Source: Neophaeotheca triangularis (Eukaryota). Taken from it: a stretch of DNA of 64,000 nt. The DNA is taken from contig BAAIJX010000077.1 in the NCBI GenBank assembly GCA_054600435.1, positions 1 through 64,000 on the forward strand, read 5' to 3'. Below are positions 1-13,287 of this stretch, in pieces. Positions within the stretch are counted from its first letter, which is position 1; every line of letters begins with the position of its first letter. A model generated the notes under the pieces. It saw only the letters and a list, made by a program, of their open reading frames with translations, ran no database searches and was not told the origin of the DNA. Made by a program: the position numbers and the translations under genes.

Positions 1-70
1 CGCCCCCCCCCCGCCCCCCCCCCCCCCCCCCCCCCCCCGCCCCCCCGCCCCCCCCCCCCCCCCCCCCCGC
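1..70. repeat. poly-C low-complexity tract
   Basis: Near-homopolymer C run with a few G; may be an assembly or sequencing artefact. Confidence 0.8.
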
Positions 71-604
71 TGGACTCTTTTCCGTAAGCCAACACAGTGT
101 ATAGGTACGAAGTGGCCGGTTCACATTCGACTCTTCACCAGCGGTGATATAGTACCAGGAAGAGTTGCTGATGGTGGTGGCTGCTGGTTAAACTTTGCCA
201 CAACACGCTTCGTCCATGCAATATAGAGATTCGGTCTGTATCGTGAGTGAGACCTAGAGGTCTCCACGCTTTTCATCTGGCAAAGTCTATCGAGGCCTGT
301 ATTCACACCTTGATTATTGAGAAACGGAGACGGACCCCTTCAAGGTTCGTCTGGGTGTTGTCGTCGGCTTCGGAGACTTGGAAAGTTACATCTTGAAGCA
401 CTCTCATTGGACAATTCAACGTCTCCTCGTACCTCGGTCCATTTGGAGCTCGAGGTCGCCCACGGGAGCATCAAACACATTCAAGTTGGCAAAGATGGCG
501 GCCTTTGGTCTCTCATTTCCAGTCATTCGCGTTGGAGGAAGCTCACTCTATCAAAACATCTTCCACAACTATCGTACCTATCGATCCGTCACGCACAATC
601 CACC

Positions 605-2325
605 ATGACAGCCACAGAAGCCCCCCTCACCCGTGAGGAAGTCAGCAAGCACAACAACGAAGACGACCTCTGGTGCATCGTCGACCACAAAGTCTACGAC
701 CTGACAGATTTCCTCGATGCCCACCCGGGAGGCAACGTCGTCTTGACCCAAGTAGCCGGGCAAGATGCAACGGAAGCATTCGTACGTCCAATTACCAAGG
801 GCTCCCGAAACCCTTCTTGAGATCAAGCCCTAACTGTCAATGCAGTACGGCATGCATCGTCAAGAAATCCTAGTAAAGTACTCTGACCTCTGCCTCGGCG
901 TACTCGAAGGCGAAACCCCCGAAGTCGTCGAGCGCAAACCCGGCGAGCTATCCCCAGTCCCCTACGCCGAGCCCACCTGGTCGAGCCCGGCTTTCAAGAG
1001 CCCCTACTTCGATGAGTCTCATGAAAGGTTACGGCGAGCGGTGCGTGAGTTTGTGGACGTGCACCTCACGCCCGAGGCACTGGAGAAGGAGAAGGATGGC
1101 TCGTTTATCAGCCAGGACATGATTGACAAAATGGCCGAGAACAATATTCTCGCTATGCGGTTAGGGCCTGGCAAGCATTTGCATGGGAGGAAGATCATGG
1201 GGGGTGTTGTTGAGGGGGACAAGTTTGATGCTTTCCATGATATGGTGGTCAGTCAGGAGTTGACGAGGCACTTGTGTCGAGGTATGGTTGAGACACTGGT
1301 TTACTGGTGAGGTTCTTATTGCTAATAGGGTGAGCAGGCTACCAGGACGGCAACATGGCCGGTATGACCATCTCATTGACCGCTGTGCGGGAATGGCTGA
1401 ACGACAGAGAGCTCAAGGAGAAGATCACGCACGAAGTCCTGAGCGGCAAGAAGAAGATGTCTCTCGCCATCACCGAAGCCTTCGCCGGATCCGACGTAGC
1501 TGGACTGCGAACGACCGCCGAGCTCAGCGAAGACGGCTCCCACTATATCATCAACGGAACCAAGAAGTGGATCACCAACGGCATGTTCAGCGACTACTTT
1601 GTCGTGGGCTGCAAGACCAAGGGCGGCTTCACAGTCCTGCTCGTCGAGCGACAGGAGGGTGTCGAGACAAAGTTGATCAAGACGAGTTATTCTACCGCTG
1701 CTGCTACGACCTACATCCAGTTTGAGAACGTCAAAGTGCCCAAGAACCACCTGCTTGGTCAAGAAGACAAGGGTTTCCAAGTCATCATGTCCAACTTCAA
1801 CCAGTAAGCAGTCCCCCTGTCGCAACCCCAGTCTCGATAGCTAACCACCCCATTCTCAGCGAACGCTACATGATGGCCGCAGCAGTAATAGCCTGGTCCC
1901 GCCAAGTAGTAGAAGAATGCATGAAATGGTCCCACCAACGCCTCGTCTTCGGCAAACCCCTCATCTCGCAACCAGTAATCCGGGCCAAGATCGCAAAAAT
2001 GATCTCCCACGTCGAATCCAACCAGGCCTGGCTCGAGAATATCACTTACCAGATGAAGAACCTGTCGTACGCGGAGCAAGCCAAGCACTTGTCGGGACCT
2101 ATTGGTTTGCTCAAGAGTTTTGCTACCAGGTCGGCGCATGAGATTGCCGATGAGGGGGTTAACATCTTTGGCGGGAGGGGGATCACGCAGAGTGGGATGG
2201 GGAGGGTTGTGGAGATGTTTCATCGGACGTATAAATTTGATGCGATTCTGGGTGGGACGGAGGAGATTTTGGCGGATCTGGGGGTCAGGCAGGCTATGAA
2301 GCAGATGCCCAAGGCCATGCTATAG
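605..2325 (+). CDS. Acyl-CoA dehydrogenase with N-terminal cytochrome b5-like domain (4 exons)
   Basis: ATG 605; introns 782-845, 1282-1337, 1804-1859 (GT..CTAAC/CTAAT..AG). Cyt b5 motif VYDLTDFLDAHPGG. ACAD motifs LAITEAFAGSDVAG, INGTKKWITNG, MSNFNHER, IFGGRG and AILGGTEEI. Confidence 0.93.
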
Positions 2326-3514
2326 TCTTCGAGCTTGTACCAACGAATTGTCATCCTTGTCGCCACACACAGCTCCATCAAACCACTGATCAATGGCTTC
2401 TGTTTTGCAGAATGCGCCCAAATGCTCGTCGTGCGATGTTTTTCCACGGGTTGTTGCAATTGCCGTTTGCAGGCCTTTTTACTCAAGGCATTTTCAGCCT
2501 TGCAGTCGAGTTCATCATCTCAGTAGCAATGACACTGGTCTTGAACAGCTACGCTCACTTCGCGGCCCGAGGTGGGGGCAACACTGGTGCGGAGCAATGC
2601 CCCGGACAGCGCAGCCGCATAGTGGCAGAATGAGGTTCTTTCTTTTGTCGCGAGACATCGCCCCCTAGACAATGTAAAAATTGGAGTACACTCCAGAGTC
2701 ACGGCGAGGCACCAACCCGGGAAAGTCCTTGTCAGGCTACCCAGGCTCTGATCGAATAACCTCGAACATGGTCGGCCCCTCAGGGAATCGACATAGGGAT
2801 CCGCTGCGAGTATAGCTCAAGAACTCCAACTCGCCTCCTGCGCGTTCGAGCTTTCAAAAGGCTTCAGATGGCCTGGGCAAAGAATCAGCAGTCATCGTCA
2901 ACCCCATGTGTGAAGAGGCGATGCTTTTCGATGTACGGACGCGCGCGTCTCGCCTTCTTCGTGCCAGCCCGAGGAACCGCAGCCATTAAGATCCAGCGGG
3001 CGCAGTCGTGACTTCTCTCTATTGCAAGGCTGAGCAGCATGCAAACAAGCCTATATAACGTCAACGCCGGAGCTGAGAGAGAGGTGCATGAAAGCTAGGT
3101 GTGCTTGCTTGGCCGAGTTAAACTTCTGTACTGAATGCAAGCGCAGCACTTCTAAACAATCGGTACCGTACGTTTCAAACCTTTCGTGAGGTAGACGTTT
3201 GCAACGGGGAAGGGAAGATGATAGATATCTATAATAATCCGAGCGATCAAGTCGTATACGACCCTTGACTCCGACAAGTGACTACAGTTAAAGCGGGGCC
3301 ACGAGACCGGGTAAGCACCTTGATGGGATCTTTATATTTGTTTACCCATAGGGATCTATTCTGTTCTTTTTTACCTGTTATCCTTAACCATAACTAGTGT
3401 TGACATGGAGCTTAAGTAGTGACAGCAGGTTGATAATCAATCGTTTCTCTTTTTGTAAATTGCCATCTCTACGCCGAACGCAATCAACATCCCTCTTTAA
3501 CAACTCATCCCTCC

Positions 3515-4741
3515 CTACAAGTGCTTCTCATTAACCAAAGTAATCCTATACCTCGGCTTGCCCGCCTCGAAATCCACAATCGCCTTGTTCGCCTCACTCA
3601 TGGGGTAAGTGTTAATCCAAGGCTTCAGCCCCTTATCGGCCACCAACTGCAACATCTCCTCAATCTCCGCCGGACTGCCAATCATGCTGCCTTTCAACGA
3701 CATGCCTTTGGCGATGAACGAGAAAGCGTTCATCTGCGGCAACATGTCCTCGGGCGCACCGACCTGCACGAATGTGCCGAACGTGCGCAGCAGCTGGAAG
3801 TATTGCATCAGCGGCATTTTCGGGCTGGAGACTGTCGAGACGATGAGGTCGAGGCTGCTGGCGTGGTGGGTGGCCCAGTCGGGGTCCTCGTCGGTGGCGA
3901 TGTAGTCATCTGCGCCCATCTTGAGGACGTCGGCGCGCTTCTCCGCCTTGCGCGAAATTCCGACGACTTTGTCCGCGCCCAGGGCTTTGGCGAAGATGAT
4001 TCCGAAATGCCCTAGCCCACCTACACCTACGATCCCGACCTTCTTGCCTGGGCCGCAGCCATTTTGCTTGAGCGGGGAGTAGACCGTGATCCCGCCGCAG
4101 AGCATGGGCGCCGCATCCTCGGAAGCGATCTTGTCCGGGATCTTGAAGACGAAGTGGCTGCCAGCGTCATTAGCAAGACACGATTGGTCGGATATCGAAG
4201 ATACGGAAATCCTCACCTCGGCGCGCGATGGTAATCGGCATACCCGCCATACGTCTTGGAGCCATCCGGGTACTTTGAAGCGAACGTCCCGACCAAGCCG
4301 CGCGAGCAATGGTTCTCGATACCGGCCGCGCACTCTTCGCAGTCGGGTTTCAAGCACGAAGCGTTCTGCGCGCCGACGCCAACGCGGTCGCCGACTTTGA
4401 TGCCCTTCTCGGCCTTGCTACCCACGCGGACAGCTTTTCCCACAATCTCGTGGCCGACGCAGCAGGCTGGTTTTAGTGAAAAGCCGGTCAGTGAGGATTC
4501 CGAGTGATTGCGGGACAGACAGAGGGTTGTCTTGCTTACGGTAAGGCGTTGGTCCCCAGCCGGATGACAGCGTGTGCGTGTCGGAACCGCAGATGCCGCA
4601 GTGTGTGATTTGAATGTCGACGTCGGTTTCCTCAAAAGGTTTGAAATCTTGCGGGAAGTCTTGCCAGACCATGTTGCCCTTGACGGAGTCCTTGTCTAGA
4701 CCCATCCAGCCGGCGAATTTGTAGTTTTGGGTGGCGGCCAT
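3515..4741 (-). CDS. Zn-dependent NADP(H) alcohol dehydrogenase (cinnamyl-ADH / yeast Adh6/7-like; 3 exons)
   Basis: ATG 4741; introns 4467-4539 and 4158-4216. Motifs CGICGSD, YPCCVGHE, APMLCGGITVYSPL, GVGGLGH and C-terminal GKPRYRITL. Confidence 0.93.
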
Positions 4742-5835
4742 GATGAAAGTTTCTCGAGAGCGGTAGAAAGTTATATCGAGTGAAGAAAGGAAGGGGATAA
4801 CAGAGGATGAGAAGAAAAGAGTACTGCAGCTCTTATTATACTCGACTGTTGTGTCCTACTACGCCATCAACACCATTTCCCAAGGCCAGACGAATTGCGC
4901 CGACCGACCGAACGACCTCGACCTACCTGACAAACAGCCACACTTCCAAAGGCGATGACATCGTCGACCCGCCCGCGCCCATCCTAACCCCAGCAATCCA
5001 ATCCAAATACCAAACAATGCCATAGCGGTCAGACAAGCCTTTCTAAACTCCGCTAAACACCGAGTACACTCCCGCCCTTCTCCTTAAACTCCGTCTTCCA
5101 CCCGGATAAGCCTACAGTAATATGCTTTTAGACCGCGGTTGACCAGACATCGGAAATGATGAGAGAAGAGAAAGTAAAAAACCAGGCAATAAATAAATAT
5201 GAGCGCTTTCCGCCAATATACCTTGCCCATAAAACCTTCGGGAGTTTGTAGCGCTTGATTATTAATCGTAATAGACACCTTAGGTAAGCTAGGTAGCTCC
5301 AAGGTTCAAACTCATCCGCGTAAATAACGTTCGTTGTAGCGATACAAACCTAACCTAGAAAGCAAAAGCACCTCATGTTATAACTCACACGTAAGGCGGG
5401 ATAAACCCCCCCCCCCCCCCGGATCAATTCGAAGAAGAGCTTACCTGACCTAACTACTATAACTAACTTACCTACTAGCTATCTAAAATCAAGCGAGATA
5501 TAAACGAATGTGTAATAAAACTGCCTCCCGTCCTTCACATACCCTACTACAACTCACCCACAATCAAGAATACCTCAGCGTTTTAAATCCAACCTAACCG
5601 TTTATTCAGCCTACTAGGATATCCAATTCAACAAACGACTCTAGAACGCAAAAGTCCTAGAACGCAAAAGTCGGAAAAAAAAAAGAGATAATAACACAAC
5701 TAGTAAAAACAGCATTAAAACAGTACAAGTCTGCCGTCGCTTTACGTACGAAAAGACTCTAAATAAACAAAAACAAATAACGAAAAACGAGCTGCTAGGA
5801 GGTAAAGGAAATATAGAAATGTAGATGTAAGAGTG

Positions 5836-5872
5836 ATAGATAGACAGACGGACAGACAGACAGACAGACAGA
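5836..5872. repeat. (GATA/GACA)n microsatellite
   Basis: gatagatagacagacggacagacagacagacagacaga. Confidence 0.7.
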
Positions 5873-6536
5873 TATACATAGCCCACAATCTCATCTACCA
5901 GTACAAAATACCTAACGTACGTTAAGCGATGCCCAAAAAAAAAAGTTCTTCGTGAGAGATTATAAGTAACCCTAGTGATTATCGTGTTAATGACTGACTG
6001 GGTAAGGGACATTGCCCTCTTCTTCGTCGTCGTATGCGAGAGCGGAGCGGGGGGGGGGGGGGGGTTGAGGGAGTCGAGATGATAATGATAATAGTGGTTA
6101 ATTGATTGATGTTTGATATTTAACTTAAATGTCAAGAAGGGAATGTGGTATTTCGGCTAGAACGTCAAGTAGAAAGAAGAAGGAAAAGCTACTCGCTAAA
6201 AGGAAACGACAAGCTCAGCCGGCTAAGGAGGAACACAAGAAGCTCGTGTAGAATGCACGAGGAAGAGAAGGCACCCTGCTCTTTGACCGTCGAACCGTCG
6301 AAACGTCAAACTCCCGACCACACCAAACAAACACCTCACTTCATGGTCCGCCTCAAACTGAGCGAAGACCCAGAAGCGACGGCAGCAGCAGCAGGAACAC
6401 CGCCTTCGCCCGGTCCACGCACCAACCCATCCAAGCCGACAACGACCCCAGCCCCTCTCCTCCTCGCCCTCCTCGGCCAACTCCTCAAACCCCCCAACAA
6501 GGCACTCTCACTCCCATTCCCCAACGGATGCAAATA

Positions 6537-9500
6537 CTACCCAGCACCAGGCGTCAGACTCCTCTGCCTCCCACCCGCACTCCCACTGCCACTGCCATCC
6601 CCACCCCGACTAACCGTCAACCTCTTCCCCAAACTCCCACCTCCACTTCTCGGACTACTGCCATCAAACCCCTCACCCGCGGCTTCAAACCCCGTCCTCA
6701 CAACCACAGAACCCCCTTTGTCACCGACAGCAACCCTCCTCTCGCCTCCAGCCCCGCTGTCGTCGACGAAGAAAACCGCTTCGCCGAGCTCATCGTGCCC
6801 GAAAGTGCGGTTGTCCCTGACCACTACCCTGAAGCCCTGATCCGCCGAACACGGGACTTTTTCCGTAGCTTCGGAAGCTTCATATTGCGCTTCGCCGGTT
6901 TTGGTCTTGATGGTCTTTGTTTTTAGGACTTCCTTTAGCCCTTTTGGGGCGTCGTGGAGGACGCGGACTTCGAGTTTGGTGTCGGGGTCGAAACCGGAGG
7001 CCGAGACGACGGTGATGCTTGCTGTGCCCGTGGCAGAGGGGTGCGGGGTTAGTGGGCTGTTGTTAGCGTGGGAGTTGAAAGAGCGGGCGCGCGAGTGGGG
7101 GGTCGCGGGGAGGTCTTTGTCTTTGGTGACGGTGGAAGTATCGGTGACGAGGCGATTAGATTGAGGTGTCCCGGGGACGGGAGGGATGTCCATGCTTGTT
7201 TCGCGGACTTCAGCCAGTGTGCCGTTGGGTTCTTGGACGACGTCGGCTTTGCCGGAAGCTGTACGGCGTTTGAAACGCGAGCCGAGGAAGGAGGCACCTT
7301 TTAGAGCGCCTCCGCCGAGGAAGGTTACGCCTTTGCCGACGCCCTTTACGGGAGCACCGATGACTTTGCCGGGAGTGCTGAAGGTGCCGGAGAAAGTCGA
7401 CGAGCCCTGGCGAGCGCGCATGACGTAGTCGGGTTTGAAAAGCATTTTGAGGCGAATGGCGCCGCTCTCGCCGTCGAGGCCGAGAGTGACTTCTTGCGCT
7501 TGGAAGGGTTCCAGGACGTCGAGGTTGATGACAGCACTGCCTAGGTAGTCTGGCTTGCCGCCAAAATCCCAGTCCCAGATCACGACCTTGAAATCAGCAG
7601 CCGTCCTACTACGGACGGGAACTTCGAAGAACTCGTTCCAAGCCGGGTGGAGGGTCTTCTTCTGCACTTTGGTTTTGTGAACTTCTTTGCCGTGTAGCTC
7701 AAATTCGCAATATGGGTCGGAGAAGCCGTTGCGGTCGGCAGCTGGCAAGTCTGCGGCGTCGAGCACTTCAACGCGGAGGTTGCCAGAGTTGTTGAAGCTT
7801 TCGCTGGGGTCGAGTTGCATCTTGACAGGTAGGTAGCGGAGTGACACGGTGATGGTACTGGTGCGGCCGTCGCTGCCTTTCAGCGTAAGCTGCGTGGGGG
7901 TATACAGACACTTCTTCAGCGTCTCCAAGGCGTTTCCTTCGAGCTTGGCTTGCACGTGATCTTCTCCCTCGCCCTTGCGGTCGATTTTGTCGACCAGACG
8001 TAGCGTGAGCCGCGAGAGGTCCAGCTCCGGCACCATGACGTCGCCCGTTTCGTTGAAGATGTACTTGCGAGTCTTGATCTTCGAGGTAGTGTAGGCGGGG
8101 AAGACGTTCTCATCGACCATGATTTCGAGATTGCAGTCAGTGTGTCCCATGTCACCCTCGATGAGCTTGAACACCACCAATCCGGATTCTAGACGTGTCA
8201 GTATTGGAAGCCTGCTGCCAGGGGCGAAGAGGTACTTACCGTAGTTGCCGAGATCCTCCGCGCCGATGCGAATCTTAGGCGCCTCAGCATGGGAAACCTC
8301 ATTCGCTTCCGTCTGCTCCTGCTCCCCTTCCGCCAGGGCCTTGCGCATTTCAGCGCCATTAGTCCCGCTACCGATAGAACCGGGCTTCAGGCTACTGATG
8401 GTCCCAGCGGTATTGGCCCTCTCGCGTGTCACCGGGCGATCTTCAATGCTCTGCCGTGGGATATCCGCCGAGTCCTCTCTCTTCTCCTCGTCCTCATCCT
8501 CAGGGTCGACGACGTTGTAGGTCGGGTAGAAGGCGCAAGTAAAGTTAAGCGTGCCCTTTGGCGAACCCCTGCCCAGCCGCAGCGGCTCGGCGAGTGGAGT
8601 CTTGCTGTCATGAACCAGGTACTCGCCACTCGGGCTTTGACGAACATAGTCGCCAGTCGCAACCTCAAGCTGGCCTAGCGTCCTATCTTTGCCGATGTCC
8701 TGCTCATCCATGACCTCCAAAGTAAGCTTCTCACGAACGGAGTGGACCGGTACGTAAATCACTTCGTCCCAGTCAGGGTTTAGATTGTTCTGAAACGTGA
8801 CGGTGCGGCCCTTGTTGACACCGGACAGCAGAATGCGAACGTAGGGATCTGACTTGCCGATAGTCTCCACGTTTTTGAGATCCTTTGCGGACTGAATGTG
8901 GAAGCGCAAGACACCAATGGGTTCGACATAGCCGCCGCTTCCGCCGAGAGCGCCTTTCAGCGCAACCGGCTTCCACTGGATCATCATTTTCGCGCGACCG
9001 GTCTGTGCGCCGGCCAAGTTGTACCATTCTTGCCCCTGAGCTTCTAGTTCCAGCATATCGTCGAGTTTGATTTGGTAAGTGCCGATGACGGGATCCGCGG
9101 CCAAGTCCTTGTCGTCCTTGATGACCAGACCGAGCTTCGCCTTCTTACGATCGCTGATGAGCAATTCCTTGGTAGCGTCGGGCCAGATGGGGTTGTTGGT
9201 GCGCTTCAACTTTTGCGAGATCTGTACTTCCTTGCCGTTGAGCAAGAGCACTGCGTATGGGCTGAGAGCGCCAACTAGGGACTTGGTGCCATCTAGATCC
9301 TTGGCCTGCTCGACCGTGAACTTGGCGATACCAGTTGTGCTCTCTGGAGGTGGTTGTTGAGTTCCGTCTGCCAGCTTCTCGCCCTCTAAGACCGGGAAGT
9401 AGCGGATGTCGGCTGAAACGATACCGCGAGCACGTCCATTGGCCATGACCTCGAGTCGTTGGTTCTCGAACATGTCTTCAGCTTCGAGCTGGTCCAGGTT

Positions 9501-11176
9501 GAAAGTGCAGACGCCCAACTCCTTGTCCTTGCGGTAGTCGTTGTAGTCGTAGACGGTAATCGTCAAAGGTTCTTTCAAGCTAGTGAGGACAACATTGACT
9601 GTCTCGTTCCATCTCGGGCTCGCGCTCTCGCGGACAGTCTTCGTCTTGCCCAACACGTCGCGGTTATTGATGCTGACAGTTGCGTATGGATCGGGGGTGC
9701 CAGAGAACTTGTCCGGGTTCTTGAGACCTTGAGCGCCGTGGAAGGTAACCTGCAAAACACCAATAGCTTGGTCGACGGGGTTTCCAGCCAGCATCTTCGC
9801 GATCTCGATGGGAAAGACATTAGGGTCGTACATCATGGGCGCCAAGTTTGCGTGAATCTGCTCTTGAATGAAACTCTCGAGACCAGGGATCAAGTTCATA
9901 TCGAGGCCGAGGAAGTCACCACCAATCGGCTTGCAGACGTAGTCGAAAGTCGGGCGACCCAGGAAGCAAATCTCCACTCTCTCAATGTGCGGAAACGGGA
10001 TCTGGAGCTTCATCTTCACCCGCATAATGCCTGAGCACGCCATGTCCTCGACAATGACATCCAAACCCTTGGAAATCATGGCTTTTCCCAGGCGAATCTC
10101 CAAGACAACCTTCGGATTGACCTTGTTCTTGATCTGACGGGCTGTAAGATCCGCTACATCGTTTGGAGTGAAACTGAATTTCCAATCCATGAGCACGGTA
10201 TCGTCGCCCGCTTTGGGATAAGTTTTGACGTGCTCCAGTCTGGGAGGCTTCGTGCCAAGGGTAAAGAACTTCATGCGCATGCTGTCGAGGAAGGCAGGTG
10301 TACTGGTAGAAAGCACCTGATCAACCGACGATACGATAGTCTTGCACAACACTGGAGCGTAGATGGGCCAGAATTTGACCATGAAGCTGTTGATCCACTC
10401 CAAAGTCTCGGTATCCGTCTCCAGCTTGGCCTTTGCCATTTCACGTGTGATGTCGTCCCTGAAGTTTCTTCTGACTCTTCGAAGCGAAGTGCGGTAGTAG
10501 GTCCCGCACGTCGCCATGACCAAAAACACCCAGCCGAGTCCTCCTCCTAGTATTGCTACCGTCCACGAGGCCAAGCAGGCAAAGATGATGACGCCGGCAT
10601 TCTGGTACCAGTCGCCAAAGAACTTGTCGTCGATCTTGCCTTCAAGAAAGTCTTGATGATCCAGCAGCGTGCCCCCCTCATCCATATCCGCCGGGTTCCC
10701 AAACCGCGGAGCCCATCCAACTTTTGCATACTCATCCACGTCGTCTTTGCTAAGCCGGCCATTGGACCCGTCGGCGCTCGGTTCCTCGGAGAGAGGAACA
10801 ACTCCGGCCTTGCCAGAGGTAGTAAGATCGTAATCCGCCTTGCCACCATCCTACAACAAGCGTCAGCACCCACAACACCACAAATACACGCGCACACACA
10901 CGCGCCCCTCTGAAAACCTACCTGATCACTCGCCAAGGCAGCAACCTGATGCTTCCTATGCGGCCTATCGCCCGCACTACCGCCAACCTGCGCGGCCTTT
11001 TCCTCAGCAGTGGCGTCCGGGTCGAAAGTGAAAGCAGCGGCGCCGGCAGCCTTGGCCTCTTGTCTGAGAGTGTCTTCAGCGGCGGCGGCATCGACGCTGG
11101 AATCCGGGTCGCGCGAGGCCTCGAGGGCGCCTTGCTGCTTGAGCTCCGAGGCTCGGCCGGCTGTGCCCTCGAGCAT
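6537..11176 (-). CDS. TCB: Tricalbin: ER-plasma membrane tether with TM hairpin, SMP domain and multiple C2 domains (3 exons)
   Basis: ATG 11176; introns 10851-10921 and 8189-8239 (51 nt, in frame). TM segment WYQNAGVIIFACL; SMP domain ETLEWINSFMVKFWPIY; C2 motifs PDPYATV, GKSDPYVRI and ADRNGFSDPYCEF. Confidence 0.93.
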
Positions 11177-12381
11177 ACTGGCGGTGGCGACGCGGTATGC
11201 TTTGTGGTCCAGGGCTGATTGATAGATTAGCGGAAGGAGGGAGAAAAGGGAGGTGGATGGTGGAGGTGGTTGTTTAGTGTGGATGAGGTAAACAGGGTCA
11301 GTCGGAGCTGGGGGGGAGCTTGGGTGGAGCTGAAGCTTGAGTGAGATTGCGGGGCGAGCCTCTTTTTTGGACTGAAGTTTAAGTTGTTCCGGGACTGTTA
11401 TGTCATGTCAATTTGATTGATCTTGATGAGAATACCTCATCCATTGACCGTGAATAATTTGTGAATGAGTCTAGTTGTGCTGATTGTGAATTGGAAAGGG
11501 TCATGTTACAATTGAGGAAGTGTTGGGCGTACATATAGGCATCAGGGGCAATCACAAGAGGAGGTACAGCGACTACGTGCCTAGGTGCCTAGTACTGTAC
11601 CACTACTAGCCCTGCCAACTTCTACCATTTGAGCGCGCTTCCAAAGCTTAGGTCGCTGCCTAAACAATCTTCACTAATATTAAATACTTCTATGCAATAA
11701 TAACCATTTGACGATTACTGCGTACCTACTAGTAGGTACTGCGTATCTACCTAGGTACAAACTACCTACCTACCTACTCCCCCCTCTTAGGGATTTATCT
11801 AGGTAGGTACCTAGGTACAAACTTGAGGCTTTCAAGGTTCCCGTCCTTCAGCACAAACTTCACCCCTGCCGCCGTGTACGCGCTAGAAACCCACCCACAT
11901 GGCCCTGCACCACCACGTGACTATTGGCTAAAACCTAAGCCACTAGTTGATGAAGGTTAGGTAGGTAAGGTAGGTTAGCCGGAGCTGGCTAGGTCTAGGC
12001 CTCCAAACCACGGGCACCTCTCAGCTGTTGTGGACCTCGAATCAGTCCAGCTTAGATACGTATATGAATATGCAGAATTGCGCCGGCGTATGCGAGAGGG
12101 TCTTGTGAGCTTGCATTCTAGCAGGAGATGAGTTCTTACCTACTCTCAGCCTTGGGGCTACCTAGGTAACATGTCCCACGAGGCGCCCTACTTTTTAGTG
12201 ATTCGATGCTCGCCTCGATGCGCTAGTGAATGGATGTTTTTCTCGGCGATTGCGATCATGCACATGATCATATCTCTACCTACCCGTCACTACACAGGTG
12301 AATGTCTATGAGGAATTCTATAAAGAAGGTTGATCAGGGCGTTCTGGCACAACATCGTCGGCCCCATCATCCACACACCAC

Positions 12382-13287
12382 TCACCCCTGCTCTTTGACA
12401 ATCCTGCCAACAACCTCATCCAACCCCTCCTCCTCCAACCCAAGCAACCCCATGGCAAACTCCTCCCTCCCCCTCCAATCCCCCTCCACATTCCCCAACA
12501 ACCAAACCAAATTCTCCACCGCCTCCTTGCTCCCCTGATCCCTCTTTGCCACCTCGTCCCTCTCATAAACCCCACTCTCTAACCACCTAACCCCCCACTC
12601 ACACCCCGTAACCCGCTCATAAGCCGCCAAAACCTCCAACTGACTAACACAAAAGCTTTGAACAAAAAGCACACAATTCCTCGTGCGCGGCTCCCCCTCC
12701 AACTCCAACACCCTCGCCGTAGCCTCCGCAACCTGCCTCAGCGTACTCGCGGAAGCCTTGACCCTCCCATCGTCCAAAATATCCATGCGCTTATTCTCGA
12801 GATCCACGTGCATGAAGCCGAGATCGGCGTCGAAGAAGTGGCCGCACACCAGACTGGTCCAGGAGAAAGTCTCGTGCGCGTTCGCTAGCTCCGCGAGGTG
12901 AGCTCGCAAGTCTGTCTTGTGCTTGAACAGCGGCACCAGCTCTTGCGCTCGCGACGAGCCGCTGTCGCAACTCCCAAAGTCTGCGGGCACGAAGCGTTGG
13001 ATGTTTGCGGCTACCGCTGCATCGGCTAGGCGCGAGAGGAGCGCGGTTTGCGAGCCTTTGATAGTGGTTATGAGTGCGTCGTGGTCTTTGAGGGCTGTGG
13101 TAGTTTCGGCGTGTGGGAAGTCGTCTGGGAGGTGGGTTACTGTTACTGAGGAGGGGTAGGGCGAGGGCGAGGTCGACGAGGCGCGTTTCAGGACGGTAAC
13201 GGTGAACTTGTGGGCGACGAGGGCGGAGAGGACCGCACGGCCTAGAGAGCCGTCTGCACCGAGGAGGGCTACGCGGTGGATGGGCAT
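12382..13287 (-). CDS. NmrA-like / isoflavone reductase family NAD(P)-binding protein
   Basis: 301-aa ORF with Rossmann motif VALLGADGSLG, RFVPADFGS and WTSLVCGHFFD. Confidence 0.88.
   Translation of the reverse strand: MPIHRVALLGADGSLGRAVLSALVAHKFTVTVLKRASSTSPSPYPSSVTVTHLPDDFPHAETTTALKDHDALITTIKGSQTALLSRLADAAVAANIQRFVPADFGSCDSGSSRAQELVPLFKHKTDLRAHLAELANAHETFSWTSLVCGHFFDADLGFMHVDLENKRMDILDDGRVKASASTLRQVAEATARVLELEGEPRTRNCVLFVQSFCVSQLEVLAAYERVTGCEWGVRWLESGVYERDEVAKRDQGSKEAVENLVWLLGNVEGDWRGREEFAMGLLGLEEEGLDEVVGRIVKEQG

Noticed and set aside
1..70. Poly-C tract as telomere or functional element
   Set aside because: There is no CCCTAA periodicity; it is probably low-complexity sequence or an artefact.
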